Shown here piece after piece: positions 26,252 to 36,283 of a stretch of DNA of 50,218 nt (the first letter of the stretch is position 1; each line of letters begins with the position of its first letter). The notes below the pieces were generated by a model. The model did no database searches and had not been told where the DNA came from. It worked only from the letters and a program-made list of their open reading frames with translations. The DNA is from an uncultured Candidatus Saccharibacteria bacterium (GTDB lineage: Bacteria > Patescibacteriota > Minisyncoccia > Phycocordibacterales > Zambryskibacteraceae): contig CAYLHJ010000006.1 of NCBI GenBank assembly GCA_964383705.1, forward strand, positions 1-50,218. The letters run 5' to 3'. The position numbers were made by a program, and so were the translations under genes.

Positions 26252-27565
26252 ATGTCGGAGAATGATTCTAAGGAAAATAAGCTTGAAGCAATTGTTGCTT
26301 TAGCGAAGCGTCGTGGTTTTATCTATCCCGGTTCAGATATATATGGCGGTCTTGCCGGCACATGGGATTATGGACCATTAGGTGTGGCGCTTAAAAGAAA
26401 TGTTCAGAATCTTTGGTGGAGAATATTTATAGAGGAAAGATCAGATATGTACGGAATGGATGCTGCAATCCTGATGAAGAGTGATGTTTGGAAAGCAAGT
26501 GGCCATGTGAGTGGATTTTCTGACCCGCTTGTTGAATGTGCAAAGTGCAAGAAGCGATTTCGGGCAGATATTTTGGAGAACGAAAAAAAATGCGCTGAGT
26601 GTGGGGGAGAGCTTGGTGGAGTAAGGCAGTTTAATATGATGTTTCAAACTCATGTTGGTGTGATAAATGATGAGACATCGATATCATATCTTCGCCCAGA
26701 AACTGCCCAAGGGATGTTTGTTAATTTTAAAAACGTTGTTGATTCTTTTCACCCAAAACTTCCATTTGGTTTAGGCCAGATTGGTAAAGCTTTCAGAAAT
26801 GAAATTGCCCCAAGGGACTTTCTTTTTCGTGCCAGAGAATTCGAACAAATGGAGATAGAATATTTTGTTAAAGAAAGTGAATGGGAAAAATATTTTGAAA
26901 ATTGGAGAATTTTGATGCTTGAGTGGATGAAGGTCATAGGCCTTTCTCAGGAAAAGGTACATGAGCTCGAGGTTTCAGCGGAGGACAGGGCGCACTATTC
27001 AAGGAGAACTATTGATTTTGAATATGACTTTCCTTTTGGTAGAAAAGAACTTTACGGTTTGGCATATCGGGCTGATTTTGATTTACGTAATCACCAGAGC
27101 GTATCGGGAGTTTCTCTTGAATATTATGATGAAGAGACTAAAGAAAGACTTATTCCTCATGTTATTGAGCCAACCTTCGGCGTTGACAGGACTATTCTCG
27201 CGATTCTTTCAGATTCGTTATCAGTAGACAATCTGGGAGATGAACCGCGAACATATCTCAAATTATCTCCACAGATAGCACCTGTTCGTGTTGCGGTTTT
27301 TCCGCTCCTAAAAAATAAACCAGATCTTGTTTCTAAGGCTCAACAGGTTTTCTTGCTTATAAAGGAAAATATTCCGAATGTTGTTTTTGATGATAATGGC
27401 AACATAGGTAAACGATATCGAAGGCAAGATGAGATAGGAACTCCACATTGTATTACGATTGATTTCGAAACCCTTGAAAACGATACGGTTACTATACGAG
27501 ATAGGGATTCTGGTGAGCAAAAAAGAATTAAGATTGAGGAAATCATAAAAGATCTAGTCTCTTAG
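26252..27565 (+). CDS. glyS: Glycine--tRNA ligase (alpha2, class IIa)
   Basis: KRRGF, YLRPETAQG, GK.FRNEI, REFEQME.EYF, IEP.FG.DR, IGKRYRRQDEIGTP. Confidence 0.96.
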   Translation: MSENDSKENKLEAIVALAKRRGFIYPGSDIYGGLAGTWDYGPLGVALKRNVQNLWWRIFIEERSDMYGMDAAILMKSDVWKASGHVSGFSDPLVECAKCKKRFRADILENEKKCAECGGELGGVRQFNMMFQTHVGVINDETSISYLRPETAQGMFVNFKNVVDSFHPKLPFGLGQIGKAFRNEIAPRDFLFRAREFEQMEIEYFVKESEWEKYFENWRILMLEWMKVIGLSQEKVHELEVSAEDRAHYSRRTIDFEYDFPFGRKELYGLAYRADFDLRNHQSVSGVSLEYYDEETKERLIPHVIEPTFGVDRTILAILSDSLSVDNLGDEPRTYLKLSPQIAPVRVAVFPLLKNKPDLVSKAQQVFLLIKENIPNVVFDDNGNIGKRYRRQDEIGTPHCITIDFETLENDTVTIRDRDSGEQKRIKIEEIIKDLVS

Positions 27566-27613
27566 ACTTTATTTTGAAACTTTTTATTAGAGTGCTAGAC
27601 TCTTCTTAATTAT

Positions 27614-28882
27614 ATGAAGATAGAGGAAAAGAAACTCAAATCCGGTTTGCGGATTATTACTGTGCCGATGAAAGATAGTTTAACAACCACGGTTCTTGTT
27701 ATGGTTGGAACTGGTTCTAAATATGAGACCAAGGAGCAAAGTGGTTTATCTCACTTCTTGGAACATATGTGTTTTAAGGGTACGATAAAAAGACCGAAAT
27801 CTATTGATATTAGCCACGAATTCGATAGCATAGGCGCTCAAAATAATGCCTTCACCTCTTTTGAGTACACTGGCTATTATGGAAAAGCCCACCCTAAGCA
27901 TGCGGAAAAGATGATTGAGGTTCTCGCTGATCTTTACTTAAATCCTACATTTCCTGATACAGAGCTTCAAAAAGAGAGGGGTGTCATTATCGAGGAGATG
28001 AATATGTATGAAGATTTGCCTCAACGCTATGTTCGAGATGTTTTTTCAGCCCTTTTATATGGGGATCAGCCCGCAGGTTGGGGTATTATCGGCGACAAAG
28101 ATGTTATCAAAAAAGCAACCAGAGAAGATTTCATCTCTTATAGAAAAGAGCACTATGTTGCGGAAGCCACAACAATTGTTGTAGCGGGCCGTATTAATTC
28201 AAAAAAAATTATTTCTCTTGTTGAAAAATCATTCTCCTCTATTTCACAAGGTAAAAAAAAGGGAAAAGTTAAAATCAAGGAAGTTCAAAAATCTCCTCAG
28301 ATTAAGATAAAATTTAAGAAAACTGATCAGGCGCATCTTATGTTGGGCGTTAGGACATTTTCGATATTTCATCCAAAAGTCCCAATTCTTGAGGTATTGT
28401 GTGCAATTCTTGGTCAAGGAATGAGCTCTAGATTGTTCCAGAGACTTAGAGAAGAGATGGGTGTTGGTTATTATGTAAGAGCAAGCGCTGATAGTTTTAC
28501 TGATCACGGTTATTTATCAGTAAACACAGGGGTAGATACCAAAAGAGTCCCAGAGGTTGTTGATGCTATTTTGGATGAATTCAAAAAACTGAAATCAGTT
28601 TTAGTCTCAGATATCGAGCTTTCAAAGGCAAAAGAATCATTACTCGGTTCTTTTGTTATGGATCTAGAGTCATCTGACAGTGTTGCTGAATATGTAGGTG
28701 ACCGCGCTGTATTAAAAAAGGTTATTGAATCACCAAAAGATGTTGAGCTAAAAATAAGAAAAGTTACCGCAAGAGAAGTTCAGAAATTGGCGCAGGAGAT
28801 ATTCAAAAATGATGGATTAAATCTGGCGATTATTGGTAATTTGAATGGTGCCGGTTCTCTTCGTTCGATTTTAAAAATATAG
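27614..28882 (+). CDS. M16 family zinc peptidase
   Basis: HFLEH (HxxEH), NAFTS, ERGVIIEE, MSSRLFQ.LRE. Confidence 0.92.
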   Translation: MKIEEKKLKSGLRIITVPMKDSLTTTVLVMVGTGSKYETKEQSGLSHFLEHMCFKGTIKRPKSIDISHEFDSIGAQNNAFTSFEYTGYYGKAHPKHAEKMIEVLADLYLNPTFPDTELQKERGVIIEEMNMYEDLPQRYVRDVFSALLYGDQPAGWGIIGDKDVIKKATREDFISYRKEHYVAEATTIVVAGRINSKKIISLVEKSFSSISQGKKKGKVKIKEVQKSPQIKIKFKKTDQAHLMLGVRTFSIFHPKVPILEVLCAILGQGMSSRLFQRLREEMGVGYYVRASADSFTDHGYLSVNTGVDTKRVPEVVDAILDEFKKLKSVLVSDIELSKAKESLLGSFVMDLESSDSVAEYVGDRAVLKKVIESPKDVELKIRKVTAREVQKLAQEIFKNDGLNLAIIGNLNGAGSLRSILKI

Positions 28883-28904
28883 ATAACGGTGATATCATTG
28901 TTTT

Positions 28905-29978
28905 ATGAAAAGCTTGGAAGGGGGTAATATATTTGCATTAAGTACTGGTACTATTGTAAGAGCGGTCCTCGTCCTAATTTTCTTTTACTTCCTTTATTAT
29001 GTTCGGGATGTTGTCCTTGTAATTCTATCAGCAATTGTCATTGCTTCAGCTATTGAACCAGGAACTAAGTGGTTTGTTCAAAGAAAGATTCCGAGAATTA
29101 TCTCTGTCTTATTTATATATATTGTTGCGGCTGCTATCCTTTTTACTTCTTTTTATTTCTTTTTACTCCCTCTCGTTCAAGAATCATCAGATTTTTTAAA
29201 AACCTTTCCCGAATATACAAAAAGTATTGCCCAAAGTAATGTCGTAGATACAATTCCAACAAATTCTGGTAATTTTCTGCAGGGTTTTTCTGAGGGCTTT
29301 TCACTCCAAGCTATAATTTATGGAGTTAACAATGCATTGACCAATATTTCAAGCGGTTTTATTGGGGCGATTGACGTTATATTCGGTGGAGTTTTGAGCT
29401 TCTTTCTTATCGTCATCTTGTCTTTTTATTTGGCGGTTCAAGAGGATGGTGTGGGAAAATTTTTGAAGATTGTTACACCAATACAACATGAAAAATATGT
29501 TATTGATTTATGGAGTCGGTCAAAAATAAAAATAGGTCTTTGGATGCAAGGTCAACTATTGCTTGTCATTATAGTTGCAGTTATGACGTTTCTTGGTCTT
29601 ACTCTTATTGGGGTTAGAAGCGCACTACTTCTCGGCTTTTTTGCTGGGTTATTTGAGCTTATTCCGCTTTTCGGCGCTTTTCTCGCTGCAATTCCCGCTG
29701 TTCTCATAGCTTTCCTTGATGGGGGGTTAACACTTGCAATACTTGTTATTGGTCTTTTTGTTATTATTCAGCAGTTTGAAAGTCAGCTAATCTATCCTCT
29801 TGTGGTTAAGAAGGTTGTTGGAGTTCCACCGATTATATCAATTGTGGCCTTGGTAATTGGCGCCAAGCTCGCTGGCTTTTTGGGTATTCTGCTTTCCGTG
29901 CCATTAGCGGCCGTTTTAATGGAGCTTTTGAATGATGTTGAGCGACGCAAAATGCAAGAGGGTAATATAGAAGGTTAA
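28905..29978 (+). CDS. AI-2E family transporter
   Basis: W..GQ, ELIP.FG, QQFE...I.P, G.LG.LL.VP.AA. Confidence 0.88.
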   Translation: MKSLEGGNIFALSTGTIVRAVLVLIFFYFLYYVRDVVLVILSAIVIASAIEPGTKWFVQRKIPRIISVLFIYIVAAAILFTSFYFFLLPLVQESSDFLKTFPEYTKSIAQSNVVDTIPTNSGNFLQGFSEGFSLQAIIYGVNNALTNISSGFIGAIDVIFGGVLSFFLIVILSFYLAVQEDGVGKFLKIVTPIQHEKYVIDLWSRSKIKIGLWMQGQLLLVIIVAVMTFLGLTLIGVRSALLLGFFAGLFELIPLFGAFLAAIPAVLIAFLDGGLTLAILVIGLFVIIQQFESQLIYPLVVKKVVGVPPIISIVALVIGAKLAGFLGILLSVPLAAVLMELLNDVERRKMQEGNIEG

Positions 29979-30025
29979 CTAATTGCAGAATGGCGTATTG
30001 CCGGGAGAACAGATAACTATCTTCT

Positions 30026-31486
30026 ATGTCGAAGTCTAAGGAACAAAATAATAAGAATTCATTTTACATAACCACAACTCTTCCATATGTGAATGCAAAT
30101 CCTCATATTGGTTTTGCTATGGAAATTGTTCGTGCAGACATCATTGCTCGGTGGAAAAAATTACAGGGTTATGATGTGTTTTTTAATACTGGAACAGATG
30201 AACATGGAACGAAGGTCTATCGTAGGGCGATTGAGGAAGGCAAAGACCCCCAAGAATATGTTGATGATTGCGCTCAAAAGTTCAAAGGGCTAATAACACT
30301 TCTTAATTTAGATAGAGATATTCATTTTATTCGTACCACTGATCTGCACCATAAAAAATCTGCTCAGGAGTTTTGGAAGAAATGTGCCAATAATGGTGAT
30401 ATCTATAAAGCAAAATATACAATAAAGTATTGTGTCGGGTGTGAACTTGAAAAGACAGAATCAGAGCTCGTTGATGGCAGGTGCCAAATACATCCAAACC
30501 AAGAATTAGAGCTTATTGACGAGGAGAATTATTTTTTTAAATTTTCCAAATATCAGGACAAATTACTATCCTTATATAAAGAAAATGAACATTTAGTCAT
30601 ACCAGATTTTCGTTTTAATGAGATAAAAAAATTTGTTGAACGGGGTCTTGAAGATTTCAGCATTTCTCGTCTTAAAGAAAAAATGCCTTGGGGTGTGCCA
30701 GTCCCAGATGATGAAAGTCATGTTATGTATGTATGGTTTGATGCTTTGGTTAACTATGTTTCTACTTTAGGTTGGCCAGAAGATATGGAGACCTTTAATA
30801 AATTTTGGGTTGAAGGGACTCCAGTTCAATATGCTGGCAAAGACAATCTTCGTCAGCAATCTGCTATGTGGCAGGCGATGCTTATCTCTGCCGGCCTCCC
30901 TCCAACAAACACAATAGTTATTGACGGTTTTATTAATATGGGAGGCCAGAAGATGAGTAAGAGTTTGGGAAATGTGGCTGACCCATATGAGATTGTTAAA
31001 GAGTACGGTGCTGATGCATTTAGGTATTTTGTGGCAAGAGAACTTTCAACCTTTGAAGATTCAGATTATACGCCAGAGCGATTTAAAGAAGCTTATAATG
31101 CCAACTTAGCTAATGGTCTGGGTAATTTAGTAAGTAGGATTATGAGGATGGCTAGTGATAATTTAGAAGGCCCTGTTCAAATTTATGAGGCGCCACTTTT
31201 TTCAGAGTATTCAGATTTTTTAAATAATTTCCAGATTAATAAAGCCACTGATTTAATTTGGAAACAAATATCCGCCTTGGATCTTATAATCCAAACAGAA
31301 CTTCCATTTAAGTTGGTCAAAAAAGATATTGTGGCTGGTAGGAGGATAATATCAGATTTAGTTATTCAGCTAGATATTATTGCTAATATGTTAATCCCAA
31401 TTCTCCCTGAGGCTTCTTCAAAGATAAAAGAGCTCATAAAATCAAATAAACCTCCAGAAAAACCCTTATTTGCTCGCAAGGATTAA
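30026..31486 (+). CDS. metG: Methionine--tRNA ligase (short form)
   Basis: YVNA.PHIG, TGTDEHG, YVWFDAL.NY, KMSKS. Confidence 0.96.
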   Translation: MSKSKEQNNKNSFYITTTLPYVNANPHIGFAMEIVRADIIARWKKLQGYDVFFNTGTDEHGTKVYRRAIEEGKDPQEYVDDCAQKFKGLITLLNLDRDIHFIRTTDLHHKKSAQEFWKKCANNGDIYKAKYTIKYCVGCELEKTESELVDGRCQIHPNQELELIDEENYFFKFSKYQDKLLSLYKENEHLVIPDFRFNEIKKFVERGLEDFSISRLKEKMPWGVPVPDDESHVMYVWFDALVNYVSTLGWPEDMETFNKFWVEGTPVQYAGKDNLRQQSAMWQAMLISAGLPPTNTIVIDGFINMGGQKMSKSLGNVADPYEIVKEYGADAFRYFVARELSTFEDSDYTPERFKEAYNANLANGLGNLVSRIMRMASDNLEGPVQIYEAPLFSEYSDFLNNFQINKATDLIWKQISALDLIIQTELPFKLVKKDIVAGRRIISDLVIQLDIIANMLIPILPEASSKIKELIKSNKPPEKPLFARKD

Positions 31487-31487
31487 T

Positions 31488-32273
31488 ATGCCAGAGTTTT
31501 TTGATATTCATTGTCATATTGAAAGCGAATTGTATGACGAAGATCGAACGGAAGTAATTAATCGTCTTGTTGAGGCTAATACATTAGCAATAAGTGTTGG
31601 CACAGACATCGAGAGCTCTCATAAAGTAGTGACACTTGCGAAAGAAAATAAAAATATTTTTGCATGTGTAGGTATTCACCCTAGAGATGATGAGAAAGCA
31701 ATTTTTAATGAAAAAGAATTTCAAATACTTGTAAATAATCCCAAAACAGTTGCGATGGGTGAATGCGGTTTGGATTATTTTAATTTAGAAGGGGAGGCCG
31801 TTGGAGAAAAAAGAAGGCAAAAAAAACTTTTTGAACAGCAAATTAATTTTGCTATTGAAAATAATAAACCACTAATGATTCATTGTCGCGATGCTTATGG
31901 GGACGTGTTAGATATTCTTGAAAATTATGCTCGGGAGTATGGAGACGGATTAAGGGGTAATATGCATTTTTTTGCGGGGGATATGGATATAGCTAGGCGT
32001 CTTCTTGATATCAATTTCACCATTTCGTTTACTGGGGTTATTACTTTTGCTCGTAATTATGATGAAGTTATTAAATATATTGCACTTTCATCTCTTCTTT
32101 CTGAAACGGATGCTCCTTATGTAGCACCAAAACCATTAAGGGGGAAACGCAATGAACCAGTCTATGTTTCCAGAGTTGCTGAAGAAATCGCCCTTATTAG
32201 GGGAGAAGAAGCTTCTTTTGTAAAAAAGGCACTTGTCCAAAACGCCCTTCGGGTGTTTCAAATTTCTATATAA
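31488..32273 (+). CDS. tatD: TatD family hydrolase
   Basis: D.HCH, GIHP, GECGLDY, IHCR, ETDAPY, RGKRNEP. Confidence 0.92.
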   Translation: MPEFFDIHCHIESELYDEDRTEVINRLVEANTLAISVGTDIESSHKVVTLAKENKNIFACVGIHPRDDEKAIFNEKEFQILVNNPKTVAMGECGLDYFNLEGEAVGEKRRQKKLFEQQINFAIENNKPLMIHCRDAYGDVLDILENYAREYGDGLRGNMHFFAGDMDIARRLLDINFTISFTGVITFARNYDEVIKYIALSSLLSETDAPYVAPKPLRGKRNEPVYVSRVAEEIALIRGEEASFVKKALVQNALRVFQISI

Positions 32274-32356
32274 ACATTGTTCTTGCGACCGAATTGCTTA
32301 TATGGTAATGTTTTATTCCCCTTTGAGGGAATTTAATAGTTAAGGAATGTCCATAT

Positions 32357-32830
32357 ATGACTGACTCAGTTGATATCGAGTCGGGATCTGACAATCTTCG
32401 AATCTATGAAGTGGGCTATCTATTGCTCCCTTCCATTCCAGAAGAAAAAGTTCCTGATGAAGTTTCTATTATAAAAAAAGCGATACAAGACGCTTCGGCA
32501 ACAATTATAGCCGAAGGGAGTCCTACGCTTCGTGCTCTTGCTTACGAAATTACTAAGCATATTGGTGCAAAGAATGAGCATTATGAAAACGCTTATTTTG
32601 GTTGGGTAAAGTTCGAATCAAATCCTGAAGGTGCAATTAAGATAAAATCATTTCTTGACGGTCTTGGAAGTATTTTGCGGTTTATCTTAATAAAGACTGT
32701 GCGTGAATCAACAATTCAAGCCCCTCTTGATTTACCAGAAGAAGATGAATCACTTGAGGTTGTAAAGAAGGAAGAGTCTGTTTCTGGAGAGTATCTTGAT
32801 AAAAAGATTGATGAGTTAATAGCTCCGTAA
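32357..32830 (+). CDS. rpsF: 30S ribosomal protein S6
   Basis: YE.GYLL.P, LAY.I, ILRF.LIK; rpsF-ssb-rpsR order. Confidence 0.88.
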   Translation: MTDSVDIESGSDNLRIYEVGYLLLPSIPEEKVPDEVSIIKKAIQDASATIIAEGSPTLRALAYEITKHIGAKNEHYENAYFGWVKFESNPEGAIKIKSFLDGLGSILRFILIKTVRESTIQAPLDLPEEDESLEVVKKEESVSGEYLDKKIDELIAP

Positions 32831-32845
32831 TACAATTAGAACACC

Positions 32846-33295
32846 ATGTACTTAAACAAAGCATTGCTTATTGGAAATCTCACTCGCGACCCAGAAGTTA
32901 AAGCACTGCCGTCTGGGGTTCAGGTTGCGAGTTTTTCTCTTGCCACAAATAGAGTTTGGAAGGATAAGAATGGGGCGAAACAAGAAAGTGTGGATTTCCA
33001 TAACATTGTTGTATTCGGAAGGCAGGCTGAAACCGTTTCTCAATATCTTAGAAAAGGTAGTTCAGTATTGGTTGAAGGTCGTATGCAGACTCGTAGCTGG
33101 GATGGACAGGATGGTGTAAAAAAATATCGAACAGAAGTTGTGGCTGATCGGGTTCAGTTCGGTCCGAAACGAGATGGATCTTCCAATCAAAGTTCTCCTG
33201 CTTCTAGTCAATCAGTTGCTCCGCAAGAAAAAGACGCTCTTGATACCATTGAGTATCCAGAAGATGAGATCAATCCAGACGACATACCGTTTTAA
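32846..33295 (+). CDS. ssb: Single-stranded DNA-binding protein
   Basis: NK..LIGNL.RDPE, EGR.QTRSW, C-terminal DDIPF. Confidence 0.97.
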   Translation: MYLNKALLIGNLTRDPEVKALPSGVQVASFSLATNRVWKDKNGAKQESVDFHNIVVFGRQAETVSQYLRKGSSVLVEGRMQTRSWDGQDGVKKYRTEVVADRVQFGPKRDGSSNQSSPASSQSVAPQEKDALDTIEYPEDEINPDDIPF

Positions 33296-33313
33296 TAATT
33301 TCTTATTTAGATT

Positions 33314-33508
33314 ATGAAATCAGATCAAATAGAACAAATTCAACACGTAGATTATAAGGATACAGGACTTTTGAAGAAGTTCCTGACTCCGCACGCCAGA
33401 ATCCTCTCTAGGAGAAAGTCTGGTATTTCTGCTAAAAGTCAGAGAAAAATTTCAATTGCAGTAAAGCGCGCCAGATTCCTTGGGCTTCTGCCGTTTGTTT
33501 CGCGGTAG
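33314..33508 (+). CDS. rpsR: 30S ribosomal protein S18 (no Zn cysteines)
   Basis: DYKD..LLKKF, QR....AVKRAR.LGLLPF. Confidence 0.95.
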   Translation: MKSDQIEQIQHVDYKDTGLLKKFLTPHARILSRRKSGISAKSQRKISIAVKRARFLGLLPFVSR

Positions 33509-33542
33509 TATTTAATAATTGCCTGTAGGCGTGTTTTCAAAT

Positions 33543-33842
33543 ATGAAGCGATTACCTCTATGGGCGGAGGGTGTGTTATTTGGGATACTCTTTGCTCCTT
33601 TAATTTTTTTTCTAAAGATTATTTGTCCGACTGAATTGGGGTGTTTTGCTGATCCTTTTTTTATTCCAATATTTTCTCCAATCTTTCTAATTCAATATAT
33701 ATTTGAATTCAATATTACTACCGCCTCAGTTAAAACTGAAATTTTATTTATAATTTTATTTTGGGGAATAGTTGGCGGTATTTTAGGTAAAATTTATGAT
33801 GTAGTGGTTTCTCAACATAAGGAAGAAGAATTTGGCGAGTAA
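33543..33842 (+). CDS. Small membrane protein
   Basis: 2-3 TM helices, CPTELGC loop; ATG 33543. Confidence 0.6.
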   Translation: MKRLPLWAEGVLFGILFAPLIFFLKIICPTELGCFADPFFIPIFSPIFLIQYIFEFNITTASVKTEILFIILFWGIVGGILGKIYDVVVSQHKEEEFGE

Positions 33843-33852
33843 CCTCTAAAAA

Positions 33853-34425
33853 TTAAAAATTGCTACCAAGTCTGTCTACGTATTCTTTTGTTTCTGTATT
33901 GATTCTTATTACATCTCCTTCTTTTACGAACATTGGGACTTGAAGAACTGCTCCAGTTTCAAGGGTGACTTGCTTATTCCCACCTTTTGCAGTATCTCCC
34001 TTTACTGCCGGATTTGCTTCAGTTACTTTAAGATCCACCTTGATAGGGAGTTTAACGCCAATAATTTCATCATTAAAGACCATAGCGTCAATTATGGAAT
34101 CTTTTTTTAGGAATTGGCCTTGTTCTCCAATAAAATCTTCACTTAATTTAAACCTTTCACTTGGATTGTCTGGTTTGCAGAACCACCATTCACCTCGATT
34201 ATTGTATAGATATTTTATTTCTTTACTTTCTATATCTGCTTCCTCAACCTTTTCTGATACATGAAATGACCGCTCTGTCACTTTGCCAGTAATTAGGTTT
34301 CTTAATTTCGTAGCGTTTACCGGTTTTCTCTGTTGCTTGCGGAATACATGAGAATTGATAACTTCATAAGGTTCTCCGTCAAGTATTATATATTTTCTCT
34401 CAACAATTTCGTTATATTCAAGCAT
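33853..34425 (-). CDS. efp: Elongation factor P
   Basis: LRNLITG, P.VKGDTA.GG.K..TLETG....VP.FV..GD.I.I.T. Confidence 0.93.
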   Translation of the reverse strand: MLEYNEIVERKYIILDGEPYEVINSHVFRKQQRKPVNATKLRNLITGKVTERSFHVSEKVEEADIESKEIKYLYNNRGEWWFCKPDNPSERFKLSEDFIGEQGQFLKKDSIIDAMVFNDEIIGVKLPIKVDLKVTEANPAVKGDTAKGGNKQVTLETGAVLQVPMFVKEGDVIRINTETKEYVDRLGSNF

Positions 34426-34531
34426 TGTGGTGATTTTCTCTCGTAATAGAGCTAGATTCTAGCAGAAGTTTGCTAAATGTCTATTGTCTTATTGCTTGGT
34501 CTTTACTAAGGAAAAAGATATTATATTTCTA

Positions 34532-34846
34532 ATGAAAAGCATGGAGAGTGCGCCATACGAAAATATACCAGATGATTCGGATAGGAAAAAAGAAGCTCCG
34601 TTTCAATCAATGTCAGGATATTTTTGTGAGCTTCTTGCTATTAGACTAAATAGTGAAGATTCCACGATAATTCAAGAAGAAATTTTTACCCCCAATGGTG
34701 TTACAGTGGAGATGCTTGAAGGTGTAAATGAGATGAGTGCTCCGATAATAGCAACCAAAATTGATAAGTATTTAGATTTAAATAGCGAAAATGGACGGAT
34801 GATGTTGGCAAAAGAAATCGCCGACGAAATTAAGAATTCTCAGTAA
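34532..34846 (+). CDS. Hypothetical acidic protein
   Basis: ORF with TATTAT 7 nt upstream of ATG 34532; convergent with recA. Confidence 0.55.
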   Translation: MKSMESAPYENIPDDSDRKKEAPFQSMSGYFCELLAIRLNSEDSTIIQEEIFTPNGVTVEMLEGVNEMSAPIIATKIDKYLDLNSENGRMMLAKEIADEIKNSQ

Positions 34847-34847
34847 G

Positions 34848-35855
34848 CTAAATATCTTTTAATTTAAGTTTGATATCTTTTAAAATTGAATCGGCAATTT
34901 TTTTGTTTTCTTTGAGAAATTGTCGAGTAGCATCATATCCACGACCAAGTTTTGTTTCACCATAAGCATATGATGAACCTGATTTTTGCATAATGCCATA
35001 TTTTTCGCCGAGAGCTATAATCTCGCCTTCTCGTGATATGCCTTCGTTATACATTAAATCAAATTCAGTTTGTTTAAATGGCGCTGCGACTTTGTTTTTT
35101 ACTACTTTTACTCTAACCCGGCCGCCCATAATTTCTTCCCCCTTTTTTATTTGAGCAATTCTCCTTATATCAAGGCGTACTGAAGTATAAAATTTTAATG
35201 CTTTACCCCCCGGCGTGGTTTCTGGATTTCCAAACATTACCCCAATTTGCATTCTTATTTGATTAATGAAAATAACAATTGTCTTTGATTTAGCAACAAT
35301 GGCAGTCAGTTTGCGCAAGGCTTGAGACATCAGTCGAGCCTGTTTTCCTACATGGTATGCACCCATGTCTCCTTCGATTTCATCTTTTGGAGTTAGGGCG
35401 GCAACTGAGTCGATGACAATAACATCCATTTTTCCTGATCGTACCAAACTTTCTACTATTTCAAGCGCTTGTTCTCCAGTATCTGGCTGAGAGATGAGGA
35501 GTTCGTCAATCTTTACCCCAAGTCGTTTCGCATATTCAGGATCCATGGCGTGCTCGGCATCAATAAAGGCACAAATCCCATCTATCTTTTGGGCTTCTGC
35601 TATGACATGGAGTGAAAGGGTTGTTTTACCAGATGATTCAGGCCCAAATATTTCAACAATTCTTCCTCTTGGTAGGCCGCCAACACCAAGAGCCGAATCA
35701 AGCCCGATTGAGCCTGTCGGTATTGCATTTATATCAACCTTCGGCTTCTCGCCAAGCTTCATTATAGAATCTTCTCCAAACTTCGTTTTTATTTGTTTTA
35801 TAGTATCGTCTATATTTCGTCTTGGTGATTCTCCATTTATTTTCTGTTTCTTCAT
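34848..35855 (-). CDS. recA: Recombinase RecA
   Basis: [39 protein letters not shown]. Confidence 0.98.
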   Translation of the reverse strand: MKKQKINGESPRRNIDDTIKQIKTKFGEDSIMKLGEKPKVDINAIPTGSIGLDSALGVGGLPRGRIVEIFGPESSGKTTLSLHVIAEAQKIDGICAFIDAEHAMDPEYAKRLGVKIDELLISQPDTGEQALEIVESLVRSGKMDVIVIDSVAALTPKDEIEGDMGAYHVGKQARLMSQALRKLTAIVAKSKTIVIFINQIRMQIGVMFGNPETTPGGKALKFYTSVRLDIRRIAQIKKGEEIMGGRVRVKVVKNKVAAPFKQTEFDLMYNEGISREGEIIALGEKYGIMQKSGSSYAYGETKLGRGYDATRQFLKENKKIADSILKDIKLKLKDI

Positions 35856-36283
35856 ATGGTTTGATTGTTCGTTTTTAGACTAACTTCTGTTCCGGTTTGA
35901 GGTTCTGTTTTTGGATTTGCCCCAATTACTGCATTCTTCGGTAATACTAAGTGTAAATATTTTGTTTTTTTCTTACCAAAGCGATCTTCTACTTCAAGTT
36001 TCATTACTGAGTATCCAGGCGATGCAACAATCTTTTCAGAGAATTTTCCTTCTTCATTGACGAAGATAGGGGAGTCATTTAATTTTATTGAAGAAATGTT
36101 TTTTGCATCACCTTTAATGTCGAAGACATCGTAAGTAAGTGTTGCGCCATCACGAGGTTCCTCAATATTTATAACAGGTCCGGTTATGAGGTTTTTTGCT
36201 TGAAAAAGGGAATAACTTAAAATTCCAAAGATTGCGAGGAAGGTTAGCGTGACTAGAACTGTTTTTCTTGCTTCAGTTTTCAT
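35852..36283 (-). CDS. Membrane-anchored Ig-like domain protein
   Basis: N-terminal TM, GP.I.I..P.DG, G.F.E......GY....L...DRFG; overlaps both ftsK and recA. Confidence 0.7.
   Translation of the reverse strand: MKTEARKTVLVTLTFLAIFGILSYSLFQAKNLITGPVINIEEPRDGATLTYDVFDIKGDAKNISSIKLNDSPIFVNEEGKFSEKIVASPGYSVMKLEVEDRFGKKKTKYLHLVLPKNAVIGANPKTEPQTGTEVSLKTNNQTI

Noticed and set aside
32316-32332. ATTCCC-CTTTGA-GGGAAT-type hairpin upstream of rpsF as S6:S18 leader
   Set aside because: Too short, and the conserved internal-loop motif could not be identified
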